From NCBI GenBank assembly GCA_944324915.1, contig CALUYD010000003.1, positions 124,971 to 188,970 on the forward strand: DNA of 64,000 nt, read 5' to 3'. Position 1 is the first letter of the stretch; every line of letters begins with the position of its first letter. The translations under genes were made by a program, and so were the position numbers. Below the pieces are notes generated by a model, which did not search any database, was not told where the DNA came from, and saw nothing but the letters and a program-made list of their open reading frames with translations. This DNA is from Candidatus Gastranaerophilales bacterium (GTDB taxonomy: Bacteria; Cyanobacteriota; Vampirovibrionia; Gastranaerophilales; Gastranaerophilaceae). Positions 28,534-38,030 of the stretch are shown here, in pieces.

Positions 28534-29424
28534 ATGACATTAAGTCCTATCAACCAAAAATATATACAAACAACAAAAGCAAATAACGCTAATACCGCTT
28601 CTGTTAATGTTGCACCTAAAGTTAATGTAGGGCAACCACAAGATAGCGTTGAATTATCTACAAATAAAAAACAAGGTTTAATTGATAAAATTAAAGCTAA
28701 TAAAAAAATTCTTATTCCAACTGCAATAGGAATAGCTGCGCTAGCAGGCGGAGTAATTTATGGTATTAAAACAGGAAAAATAAGTTTTAAAGGTAATATT
28801 AAAGAAAGAGCTAACGAAATAATTGAAGAAGGCAATAAAATCAAACAAAGAGGTGCTGAATTAGTTGAAGAAGCGCAAAAACAATATGATGAAGTTTTAG
28901 AACTTATAAAAAAAGGTGAAAAAAATGGTAAAAATGGTTTTGAAGATTTTAGCGAAGGCTCAAAACTAATTAAATTCAGCGGTGATGAACTTGAAAAAAC
29001 AATAAGAGAATATGAGGGCGACAAACTTTTAAGAGAAGCTGATTTTGAACTTTTCGGACAAGATTATCGCATAACTACAATTAGCAAAAATATTGAAGAC
29101 CTAGAAGATGGAACAGAAAAAATAAAAGAATTATTTGCCTTTAAAAATGATAAAATTGAAGGATATTATAAAAATGCAACAATAAACAAAGATGATTCAG
29201 TACATTATGCAGAAGGATTTACCTTTAAAAATGATAAAATTAGACAATATTTTAAAAATATAACAATAAACAAAGATGGTTCAGGACATTTTGCAGAAGT
29301 ATTTGCCTTTAAAAATGATAAAATTGAAAGATATTATAAAAACTATAAAATAAATGCAAACCACAAAGAAAGTTGGGAGCAAAAATATATACGAAACGAA
29401 CAAGGTGAACTTGTAAAAGCATAA
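28534..29424 (+). CDS. Single-pass membrane protein with 28-aa tandem repeats (tandem paralogue 1)
   Basis: N-terminus MTLSPINQKYIQ; TM ILIPTAIGIAALAGGVIYGI; three FxFKNDKIxxYYKNxxINKDxSxHxAEx repeats with a loose MORN/YwqK-like feel. Confidence 0.65.
   Translation: MTLSPINQKYIQTTKANNANTASVNVAPKVNVGQPQDSVELSTNKKQGLIDKIKANKKILIPTAIGIAALAGGVIYGIKTGKISFKGNIKERANEIIEEGNKIKQRGAELVEEAQKQYDEVLELIKKGEKNGKNGFEDFSEGSKLIKFSGDELEKTIREYEGDKLLREADFELFGQDYRITTISKNIEDLEDGTEKIKELFAFKNDKIEGYYKNATINKDDSVHYAEGFTFKNDKIRQYFKNITINKDGSGHFAEVFAFKNDKIERYYKNYKINANHKESWEQKYIRNEQGELVKA
29134..29370 (+). repeat. In-frame 84-bp tandem repeat, about 2.8 copies
   Basis: Units start at 29134, 29218 and 29302 (tttgcctttaaaaatgataaaatt...). 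High nucleotide identity between units. Confidence 0.9.
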
Positions 29425-29436
29425 CTATATCAAAAA

Positions 29437-29472
29437 AGCTTCTCTAAAAATTTTAAAATAGAGAGGCTTTTT
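29437..29472 (+). terminator. Probable intrinsic terminator
   Basis: agcttctct/agagaggct (one G-U pair) with a 14-nt loop, followed by TTTTT. Confidence 0.5.
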
Positions 29473-29534
29473 AATATAATAGCAATTTTTAAACTTCAGC
29501 ATTTTTATATAAGTAAAATCCAAAGGAAAATAAA

Positions 29535-30212
29535 GTGCTAAGCCCCATCAACCAAAAATTAATACAAAATCAAAAAAGCGACAAGCCAATTGTAAACCCA
29601 AGCAAAATTACTTCTGATGCGCAAATTAAAAAAGATACGCTTGAGCTTTCCGAGAAAGAAAAAAATAAGCAGACTCTCATTAATTCAATAATTAGCGCAC
29701 TTACTTTTGTAGGAGCTTTTCTTGTTGTTGATACAATAGTTTTTCTAATTAAGTTAAATTACTCCGGTTTTAACATAAATAAGATTATAAAAAACGCAGC
29801 AAAAGAATTCAATGAAGTTAGCGAAATAATTAAAAAAGCAAAATCAAACGATTATAGCAATGATACCAATGGAGCTATAACTCGAATTTTTGGTCAAATA
29901 AAAGGATATGGCGCAAAATTTCTTGAAGAACATCAAAATGGCAAAATAATAAGAAGAACAGAATTTAATCCTGAAGATGGAACAATTTATAATATAACAA
30001 AAAACTTTAAAAGAATATCTGAAGATATTTATGGAGCAGAAGAAAGATATATGTTTAAAAATGGTATTTTAAGCCATTTTGCAAGAAATTGCGCAAGAAA
30101 CAAAGATGGAAGCGAATACATAGAAGATTTATATGAATTTGCAAACGGTAAAATAAAAAAACATCTCAAAAATATGAAATTAACACCATTTCAATTCAAA
30201 AATACTAATTAG
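29535..30212 (+). CDS. Single-pass membrane protein, tandem paralogue 2
   Basis: GTG start after AAGGA. N-terminus (M)LSPINQKLIQ; TM IISALTFVGAFLVVDTIVFLI; shared FNEVSEIIKKAKSN and degenerate YxFxNGKI repeats. Confidence 0.6.
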   Translation: MLSPINQKLIQNQKSDKPIVNPSKITSDAQIKKDTLELSEKEKNKQTLINSIISALTFVGAFLVVDTIVFLIKLNYSGFNINKIIKNAAKEFNEVSEIIKKAKSNDYSNDTNGAITRIFGQIKGYGAKFLEEHQNGKIIRRTEFNPEDGTIYNITKNFKRISEDIYGAEERYMFKNGILSHFARNCARNKDGSEYIEDLYEFANGKIKKHLKNMKLTPFQFKNTN

Positions 30213-30268
30213 CAATTTTTTTGACTTTTTTGTTTTATAAGTTATATAAAAAATATAAAGGATAACAA

Positions 30269-30928
30269 ATGACAATAATAAATTTTAAGCCTAGCGCTTG
30301 GCAAGATGGCAAAATAGATAAAGCTCAAAATATACAACAAAAAAGATACGATAGTTCAACTTTTGTAGATTACGACTTGGATTCTGAAGATAAATTCATA
30401 AAAACTCTAACGCCAAGTCAAGCAACAAAAGCAAGCAAAGAAAGCGAACCATACGACAGAGCAAAATATGTTTTATGCGAAGCGATAATGGAAAGAAATG
30501 AAGTTGCAAACATAATTGAATATGGTGCAAAGAAAAATTATGCAGATTTAGAAAGTCCAAGCGGTTATATAACATTTGATTTTGAATCAGACCCATTAGG
30601 CAGAGGAATTATGTTTGAATGTGATAAAAAAGGAAGAATTTTAAGAGAAACCACATTCATTGAAGAAACCGGCGAAATTTATAAAATTATCACATCAGAG
30701 CAAAAAATTAACGCTCATTCAAGACAAAAGAAAAAAGGATACAACCAAATTACTTTCTTTAATTATGATGAAAGTCATATAGAAGTTAAAAAAGGAGTTA
30801 AAAAAGGTCTATTAGGAACAATAGTGAATGAATTTTTTGGATTTGAAAAGGGCGAACCAAAATTCTATAAAGTAGACTATAATCCGAATTCTGACAACAA
30901 AAATTGTAAACAAGAATACATATTTTAA
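30269..30928 (+). CDS. Soluble tandem paralogue 3 of the same family
   Basis: SD AAGGA. Shares RNEVANIIEYGAKKN and GRILRETTFIEETGEIYKI with the two preceding genes. No TM segment. Confidence 0.55.
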   Translation: MTIINFKPSAWQDGKIDKAQNIQQKRYDSSTFVDYDLDSEDKFIKTLTPSQATKASKESEPYDRAKYVLCEAIMERNEVANIIEYGAKKNYADLESPSGYITFDFESDPLGRGIMFECDKKGRILRETTFIEETGEIYKIITSEQKINAHSRQKKKGYNQITFFNYDESHIEVKKGVKKGLLGTIVNEFFGFEKGEPKFYKVDYNPNSDNKNCKQEYIF

Positions 30929-31000
30929 TAAATAATTTGGTAAAAACATTATGTTTATTTTATAATCTTCCTTGCGAGAACTAAAATCGAGAGGAAGAAT

Positions 31001-32776
31001 ATGGAATTAACATATAAAAAGCAAAGTTGCACCTATTTAACAGAAAACGACATCAATAAAGAAACTGTTTTAGCAGGTTGGGCAAGCACAATTCGTGACC
31101 TTGGCGGTATAATTTTTGTTGAATTAAGAGATAAAACAGGTTTATTTCAACTTGTAGCAGACCCTCAAGTTAATCCTGAAGTTCATGCTATATTATCAAA
31201 AATTAAACCTGAATATGTTATACAAGCAGAAGGTAAAATTTCTAAAAGACCTGATGAAACAGTTAATGAAAAACTTAAAACAGGTACTATTGAAATGTAT
31301 CCTGCAAAAGTTACCGTTTTATCAAGCGCTCAAACATTACCGTTTGTTCTTGATGATGACAATGTTTCAGAAGATGTACGTTTAAAATATCGTTATTTAG
31401 ACTTGCGTCGTGAAAAAATGATGCAAAATTTCCAACTTCGCCACAATATCGTTAAAGCAATTCGCAACTACTTAAACGATTTAGATTTTATGGAAGTTGA
31501 AACTCCGATTTTAATTAAAGCAACTCCTGAAGGTGCTCGTGATTATTTAGTTCCATCAAGAATTCATGACGGAAAATTCTATGCACTTCCACAATCTCCA
31601 CAAATTTTCAAACAACTTTTAATGGTTGCAGGTTTTGAAAAATATTACCAAATTGCAAAATGCTTTAGAGATGAAGATTTAAGAGCAGATAGACAACCTG
31701 AATTTACTCAAGTTGATATGGAAATGTCATTTGTTAATCAAGATGATGTAATTAAAATGACAGAAGGCTTAATTGAACACGCATTCAAAGCAGCAGGAGT
31801 TGAAGTTAAAGCTCCGTTTAGAAGAATTACTTATAAAGAAGCAATGGATAAATACGGTTCAGACAAACCAGATACACGCTTTGGATTAGAATTGTTTGAT
31901 GTAACAGATATTATGCAAGCATCAACATTTGAAGCATTCAAAGCAGTTATTAATAACGGCGGAACAGTTAGAGCAATAAAAATCCCGGGAATTGCCGGAT
32001 ATTCAAGAAAAGAAATGGATGATGTAAGAAACCTTGCAATTTCATTCGGCGCAAAAGGTCTTGCTTGGATTACTTATATGGAAAATGGTGAAGTTAAATC
32101 ACCTGTTTTAAAATTCTTAAATGAAGATCAAATTAAAGAAATTCAAACAAGAGCACAAGCTCAAAATGGCGATATAGTATTCTTTGTTGCTGATCATCCT
32201 CAAATTGTATTTGATGTTTTAGGAAGATTTAGACTATACTTTGGTCAAAAACTAAATATGATTGATGAATCAAAACATGATTTATTATGGGTTGTAGACT
32301 TCCCATTATTTGAACAATCACTTGAAGACGGTTCATTTAAATCAGTTCACCATCCATTTACAATGCCTGCCCTAGAAGATATTGACAAACTTGAAAACGA
32401 TAAAGGCAATGTAAAATCAATAGCTTATGATATTGTATACAACGGAAACGAGCTTGGCGGCGGTTCTATAAGAATTCACGATGCTGAAATTCAAAGAAAA
32501 GTATTTAATGCTCTAGGTTTAACTCCTGAAGATATTAAAGAAAAATTTGAATTTATGATTGACGCATTTAAATACGGAACACCTCCACATGGCGGTTTAG
32601 CTATCGGTTTAGATAGACTTGTTGCACTATTATTGAGAGCAAATTCAATCAGAGAAGTTATAGCATTCCCTAAAAACTCTGCAGCTAAAGACTTAATGAC
32701 AAATGCACCTTCTTTAGCTTCAGAAGAACAACTTAGAGAATTACACTTAAGATTAAGAAATTTACCTAAGGTTTAA
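31001..32776 (+). CDS. aspS: Aspartyl-tRNA synthetase (probably non-discriminating, since gatC is present)
   Basis: LPQSPQIFKQLLMVAGFEKYYQIAKCFRDEDLRADRQPEFTQVDMEMSF; GGGSIRIH; GLDRL. Confidence 0.95.
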   Translation: MELTYKKQSCTYLTENDINKETVLAGWASTIRDLGGIIFVELRDKTGLFQLVADPQVNPEVHAILSKIKPEYVIQAEGKISKRPDETVNEKLKTGTIEMYPAKVTVLSSAQTLPFVLDDDNVSEDVRLKYRYLDLRREKMMQNFQLRHNIVKAIRNYLNDLDFMEVETPILIKATPEGARDYLVPSRIHDGKFYALPQSPQIFKQLLMVAGFEKYYQIAKCFRDEDLRADRQPEFTQVDMEMSFVNQDDVIKMTEGLIEHAFKAAGVEVKAPFRRITYKEAMDKYGSDKPDTRFGLELFDVTDIMQASTFEAFKAVINNGGTVRAIKIPGIAGYSRKEMDDVRNLAISFGAKGLAWITYMENGEVKSPVLKFLNEDQIKEIQTRAQAQNGDIVFFVADHPQIVFDVLGRFRLYFGQKLNMIDESKHDLLWVVDFPLFEQSLEDGSFKSVHHPFTMPALEDIDKLENDKGNVKSIAYDIVYNGNELGGGSIRIHDAEIQRKVFNALGLTPEDIKEKFEFMIDAFKYGTPPHGGLAIGLDRLVALLLRANSIREVIAFPKNSAAKDLMTNAPSLASEEQLRELHLRLRNLPKV

Positions 32777-32777
32777 A

Positions 32778-33512
32778 TTGATAAACAACAAAAAAATAAT
32801 TATAGTAATGCCTGCGTATAATGCGCAGGCTACTTTAAAAGAAACTTATGAGGCAATTCCTAAAGAAGTTGTTGATAAGATAATTTTAGTTGACGATTGT
32901 TCATCTGATGACACTCTAAAAATAGCAAATTCGCTAAATATAGAAACGATTAAACACGAAAAAAATCTAGGCTACGGTGCAAATCAAAAAACTTGCTACA
33001 ATGAAGCAATAAAAAATAATGCTGATATAGTCATTATGCTTCATCCGGATTTTCAATATGACCCAAGATTAATCCCATCACTAGCTTCAATGATAGCTTA
33101 TGATAATTACGATTGCGCTATTGCTTCAAGAATGCTTGTGGGTTCTGCAAAAAACTCTAAAATGCCAAAATATAAATATTTTGCAAATAGATTTTTAACC
33201 TTATTTCAAAACTTTTTCTTAAATAAAAATTTATCAGAGTATCATAGCGGTTATAGAGCTTTTAGCTCAAAAATATTAAAAGATTTGCCATTTGATAAAA
33301 TGAGCGATGATTTCATTTTTGACAATCAAATGCTTTCATTGATATATTATAAAAATTATTCAATAGGAGAGATTTCTTGCCCTACTAAATATTTTAGCGA
33401 AGCAAGCTCCATTAATTTTATTCGCTCATGTAAATATGGGCTTGGTGTCTTAAAAACAAGCGTTCTGTATCGCTTAGCAAAATGGGGCTTAAAGACAAAT
33501 TTATTTAAATAA
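32778..33512 (+). CDS. Family 2 glycosyltransferase
   Basis: IIVMPAYNAQATL...ILVDDCSSDDT...NLGYGANQ. TTG start 1 nt after the aspS stop. Confidence 0.8.
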   Translation: MINNKKIIIVMPAYNAQATLKETYEAIPKEVVDKIILVDDCSSDDTLKIANSLNIETIKHEKNLGYGANQKTCYNEAIKNNADIVIMLHPDFQYDPRLIPSLASMIAYDNYDCAIASRMLVGSAKNSKMPKYKYFANRFLTLFQNFFLNKNLSEYHSGYRAFSSKILKDLPFDKMSDDFIFDNQMLSLIYYKNYSIGEISCPTKYFSEASSINFIRSCKYGLGVLKTSVLYRLAKWGLKTNLFK

Positions 33513-33513
33513 A

Positions 33514-35355
33514 TTAAATATTAGTTGCTAAACTTGGAGCAATAATAATAAATTGACGAATTAATTCCTTATCCCATTGAGTGCCGGCACCCATTTTAAG
33601 GATTTCACATGCTTTATTAACAGATAATCCTTTTCTGTATGGTCTATCTGAAATTAAAGCATGATAAGCATCGGCAATAGCAACAATTCTTGCCGATAAT
33701 GGAATTTCATCACCTTTTAAACCGAATGGATAGCCTGTTCCATCAACATGTTCATGGTGAAATTTAACCATAGGGATTAAATCATGAAGTGATTTATTAG
33801 GCTCTAACACTTTATCAGCACCAATCGCAGGGTGTTGCTTCATAATTGCCCATTCATCATCGGATAGCATAGTAGGTTTTCTTAAAACATGCTCAGGAAT
33901 ACCGATTTTACCAATATCATGTAACAAAGCACCTAATTTTATACGCTCAACTTCATTTGCAGGTAAATTAATTGCTCTGGCTAATGCTTCAGAATATCTT
34001 GAAACAGCCGCAGAGTGACCTTTTGTATATGTATCTTTTGCATCAATTGTGTTCGCTAAAGATGAAACAACATCAAGTAAATGTTCATTTGATACAATAT
34101 TTTCATCGTGGAATTGATTAATCAATTCTTCTTCAATATCAACACCAATTGCAGCATGTTTTTTGGTTAATACCTGAGCAAAGCATTTAAGCGCTTCATC
34201 ATCCCAGAAATTATAATCCAAAGTAGAAACAATTTCCGATTGACCGGATTTATTTCTTTTACTTTTTGCAATAAACAGTGCTTGTTCTGCTAAAATAGTT
34301 AATTTTTCTTGTTTATTTGTGGAATTTGGACACATTGAAATACCGCAAGAGAACTTCAATTGACCCAAATCATCAAACATTGTACAAGCTAAATTGTATA
34401 AAAGAAATTCACACACATATTTTGCTTCATTTTCAGACGTATCAGGCATTATTATAGCTATTTCATCTCCGCCATATCTTCCTAATATATCAGTATTTCT
34501 AACATTTTTCTTAATTTTTGAAGCGACTTCTTTTATAACTTCATCACCTTTAGCATGACCTAATTCATTATTTATTTCAGCAATATTTGCAATATCAATA
34601 ATACAAAATGCTAAAGTTGAAGCAGAATTAATTGTTCTTGTTATTTCTCTTGCTAAGTCTTCTTGCAATTTTTTATGATTAGATAAACCTGTAAGAGAAT
34701 CAGTATCCGTATTTCTATCAACTAAATCTGCCAATTGTCTATTTTTATAGAATATTGCATAATAATTTGCAATTAATTTATAAAATTCAAATAACTGATT
34801 ATTATTATCTGAAAAAACAATCACACCAAGACATTCGCCAAAAACAACCAAAGGAATAACTGTTGTTGGAGTTTCAGCAAAATAATTCATTTTTAGATAG
34901 TTGCTATCAGTAGTATAAATTGCTTCTTTTGTTTTAAAAGCTCTAACAATTATGTTGTCATCATCAGATAACATAACTTTTGAGCTATAAGATAAACCTG
35001 TTTTTTCTATTAATTTAATATTAATATAATTTGAATTACCGTTAAAAATTCCGACAGCTAAAAAATCTAAATTTAATTTCAAACAAACTTGTTTATGAAT
35101 AGAATAAAAAAGTTGAATTGTATCTGTTTGATTTAATATAGATTCATTAATCGCATTTATCATTTCATGATAATTAACATCAGACATCTTTGTAAGATTT
35201 TTTGCCCAACCGCCATACAATCTATTAGAAGAAGTTCTTGTATTTAAAGGCATTATTCTTGATGTATCGATAGGATTTGAAATCTTATTATTTTGGTCTG
35301 TTTTAATATCTTTTAAACTATTATTATCTTTTATTTTATTATAGTCCACACACAA
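33514..35355 (-). CDS. Composite c-di-GMP protein: N-terminal sensor region + GGDEF + HD-GYP
   Basis: DSLTGLSNH...RNTDILGRYGGDEIAII (I-site RxxD plus a GGDEI variant); HD-GYP LLHDIGKIGIP...HHEHVDGTGYPFGL. Start is uncertain (TTG 35355 or GTG 35349). Confidence 0.85.
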   Translation of the reverse strand: MCVDYNKIKDNNSLKDIKTDQNNKISNPIDTSRIMPLNTRTSSNRLYGGWAKNLTKMSDVNYHEMINAINESILNQTDTIQLFYSIHKQVCLKLNLDFLAVGIFNGNSNYINIKLIEKTGLSYSSKVMLSDDDNIIVRAFKTKEAIYTTDSNYLKMNYFAETPTTVIPLVVFGECLGVIVFSDNNNQLFEFYKLIANYYAIFYKNRQLADLVDRNTDTDSLTGLSNHKKLQEDLAREITRTINSASTLAFCIIDIANIAEINNELGHAKGDEVIKEVASKIKKNVRNTDILGRYGGDEIAIIMPDTSENEAKYVCEFLLYNLACTMFDDLGQLKFSCGISMCPNSTNKQEKLTILAEQALFIAKSKRNKSGQSEIVSTLDYNFWDDEALKCFAQVLTKKHAAIGVDIEEELINQFHDENIVSNEHLLDVVSSLANTIDAKDTYTKGHSAAVSRYSEALARAINLPANEVERIKLGALLHDIGKIGIPEHVLRKPTMLSDDEWAIMKQHPAIGADKVLEPNKSLHDLIPMVKFHHEHVDGTGYPFGLKGDEIPLSARIVAIADAYHALISDRPYRKGLSVNKACEILKMGAGTQWDKELIRQFIIIAPSLATNI

Positions 35356-35429
35356 AACCTTTCAGTTTTTAACATTGTTATTAAATTCGCTAAAATTTAA
35401 AAATGCTAGTTTTTAAAAAAAACTTTAAA

Positions 35430-35449
35430 TTTCTTTACATTTCTTTGCA
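35430..35449 (-). promoter_or_regulatory. Phased direct-repeat box upstream of the GGDEF/HD-GYP gene
   Basis: Minus-strand TGCAAAGAAA-TGTAAAGAAA with an exact 10-bp period. Same half-site family as 9645-9664, 9859-9878 and 18915-18934. Confidence 0.45.
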
Positions 35450-35451
35450 AA

Positions 35452-35721
35452 CTATTTTTTTATTTCAATAATTTTTAATGACGATTTTTCACCTCTGATT
35501 ATAGAAATTTTTGTTTTTGGAATATTTAAAATTTCAGACAAATACTGAATTATAGCTTTATTTGCTTTGCCTTCAACAGCAACTTGTGAAATTTTAATTT
35601 TTACATATTCATCCAAAAATTCAATCGAATTTTTCTTAGAATTTGCAACAACTTTTACGTTAATTCTATATCCATCACTATTTTGTATTAAATTTATTAA
35701 TTCATCGACACTATGAGGCAT
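35452..35721 (-). CDS. DUF167 (YggU-like) protein
   Basis: KVVANSKKNSIE...VAVEGKANKAIIQYLSEILNIPKTKISIIRGEKSSLKIIEI. Confidence 0.75.
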   Translation of the reverse strand: MPHSVDELINLIQNSDGYRINVKVVANSKKNSIEFLDEYVKIKISQVAVEGKANKAIIQYLSEILNIPKTKISIIRGEKSSLKIIEIKK

Positions 35722-35809
35722 TTACTCTACTTATTTTTGCTAAAATACAACATTTAATATACCTCAAAAATACAATAATATGTATAATATAAATATAATT
35801 TGGTGAATT

Positions 35810-38029
35810 ATGACGTATCAAAAAATCTTTGAAGAAATTAAAGAGGAATTACACAAACAAAAAAGACAGCCTGATGATATTGAGCAAATTGAAGCTGCAT
35901 ATAATTGGGCTAAAAAATTACATGAAGGACAATTCAGGATTTCTCAAGAGCCTTATATTATTCATCCTCTTGAAGTAGCAAAAATTTTAGTAGATTTGAA
36001 ACTCGATAGAGATACAATTATTGCTGCTTTTTTGCATGATGTATTAGAAGATACCGATACAACACCTGAAGAAATGAAAGAAAAATTCGGTCAAGACGTT
36101 GTTAATCTCGTGCAAGGTGTTACAAAATTAAGCAAATATCAATTTAAATCAAAAGAAGAACGTCAAGCTGAAAACTTTAGAAGAATGCTTATTGCAATGG
36201 CTCAAGATATAAGGGTTGTTGTTCTTAAATTAGCAGATAGATTGCATAATATGAGAACACTATCTTATATGACGACAGCCAAACAGAAAAAAATTGCCCA
36301 AGAAACAATGGACATTTTTGCACCATTAGCAAATCGCTTGGGAATGGGTAAAATAAAAGCAGAACTTGAAGATTTATCTTTAAGATATTTAAATCCTGAA
36401 AAATATTATGAAATTGCAAAACTCGTTGCAGAAACAAAAGCAATGAGAGATTCAACCGTAAACGCTCTAATTGAAATTATTTCAAAAGAGCTTGAAAAAA
36501 ATCATATAAAAGCAAAAATTAAAGGTAGAGCAAAACACTATAATTCAATCTACAATAAAATGAAACGCCTAAACGTTACATTTGATCAGCTCTATGATAT
36601 AACGGCAGTAAGAGTTATAGTTGAAAGCGAAAAAGAATGTTATCAAGTTTTAGGTATAATTCACCAACTATTTAAGCCAATCCCCGGAAGATTTAAAGAT
36701 TACATTGCCATGCCTAAAGGCAATATGTACCGCTCATTACATACATCTGTAATAGGTTCAAAAAATAAACCTGTTGAAATTCAAATCAGAACAAAAGAAA
36801 TGCATGAAGTAGCGGAATATGGTATTGCCGCTCATTGGAGATATAAAGAATCAGGCTCAATTAAAGCATCAAACAAGCAAGACATGCAATTTTCTTGGAT
36901 GAGAAAAGTAATGGAGCTTGATAATGAATCAACAAATGCACAAGACTTTGTTGAAAGCGTTAAATTGGATATATTCAACAATCAAATTTTCGTATTCACT
37001 CCTAACGGAGATGTTTTTGATCTGCCTCAAAATTCAACTCCTGTTGATTTTGCATACAGAATTCATACTGAAGTCGGACACAAAACAGTTGGAGCTCTAA
37101 TAAACGGCAGAATTGCGCAACTTGATACAAAATTAAAAAACGGTGATATTGTTGAAATTTTAACATCAAAACAATACATGCCAAAAATCGATTGGCTCAA
37201 TTTTGTTGTTACAAAAAATGCAAGCTCTAAAATTCGCCAATGGTTCAAGAAATTCAATCGTGAAGATAACATTCAAATTGGAAAAACAAACCTTGAAATA
37301 GAACTCACAAAAGCATGCTTTGATGAATATAACAAAAACGGACTAATTGAAAAAGCTGCAAAAGAAATGAATTACAAAAACTCTGAAGACTTATTTGCAG
37401 CACTTGGCTACGGCGAAACCACAATTCATAAAGTAGTAAATGTTCTAAAAAAATATGAACCTCCAAAAACAAACGAAGAACTTGCAATATCTCAAACTCA
37501 AACCAAAAAAACAAAAAGTAAGAAGAATGACATTGTTGGTCTTGAAGGTTTATTATGGTCATTAGCAAAATGTTGTTCGCCAATCCCGGGAGAGCCTATA
37601 ATTGGTGTTATTACACGCTCTAAAGGGGTAAGTGTTCATAGACTAGATTGTAAATGCTTATATAATATAGAGCCTGAAAGAATGATTGATATTTCTTGGG
37701 CAGAAGGCACTACAAAAACATCATATTTAGCCCATATTAGAATTGAATGCCAAGATAGAGTAGGTATGTTAAGAGATATTCTATTAAAAACAGGTGATTT
37801 AGGAATAAATATAATATATTCCAATACTTATCTAAAAGGAAGAAAATTCGGCATAATTGACCTTGGAATTGAATTAGATAATATAGAAACACTCAAAAAA
37901 GTTATTTTAAATATTCAATCAATTCCTGATGTATGTTCTGTAAGAAGATTGCAACAAAAAGAAAATCTAAATCAACCAAAGCAAACTAAAAAGAAAAAAA
38001 TGAAGCCAAACCAAAAGGACAAAAAGTAA
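35810..38029 (+). CDS. rel: Bifunctional (p)ppGpp synthetase/hydrolase (Rel/SpoT)
   Basis: HD hydrolase HPLEVAKIL...FLHDVLEDT; synthetase RFKDYIAMPKGNMYRSLHT; TGS and ACT regions; 739 aa. Confidence 0.93.
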   Translation: MTYQKIFEEIKEELHKQKRQPDDIEQIEAAYNWAKKLHEGQFRISQEPYIIHPLEVAKILVDLKLDRDTIIAAFLHDVLEDTDTTPEEMKEKFGQDVVNLVQGVTKLSKYQFKSKEERQAENFRRMLIAMAQDIRVVVLKLADRLHNMRTLSYMTTAKQKKIAQETMDIFAPLANRLGMGKIKAELEDLSLRYLNPEKYYEIAKLVAETKAMRDSTVNALIEIISKELEKNHIKAKIKGRAKHYNSIYNKMKRLNVTFDQLYDITAVRVIVESEKECYQVLGIIHQLFKPIPGRFKDYIAMPKGNMYRSLHTSVIGSKNKPVEIQIRTKEMHEVAEYGIAAHWRYKESGSIKASNKQDMQFSWMRKVMELDNESTNAQDFVESVKLDIFNNQIFVFTPNGDVFDLPQNSTPVDFAYRIHTEVGHKTVGALINGRIAQLDTKLKNGDIVEILTSKQYMPKIDWLNFVVTKNASSKIRQWFKKFNREDNIQIGKTNLEIELTKACFDEYNKNGLIEKAAKEMNYKNSEDLFAALGYGETTIHKVVNVLKKYEPPKTNEELAISQTQTKKTKSKKNDIVGLEGLLWSLAKCCSPIPGEPIIGVITRSKGVSVHRLDCKCLYNIEPERMIDISWAEGTTKTSYLAHIRIECQDRVGMLRDILLKTGDLGINIIYSNTYLKGRKFGIIDLGIELDNIETLKKVILNIQSIPDVCSVRRLQQKENLNQPKQTKKKKMKPNQKDKK

Positions 38030-38030
38030 A

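Noticed and set aside
29134-29370. Tandem repeats considered as a possible CRISPR or minisatellite
   Set aside because: The units are contiguous with no spacers, in frame and within a coding gene. This is a protein repeat and does not qualify as a CRISPR array.
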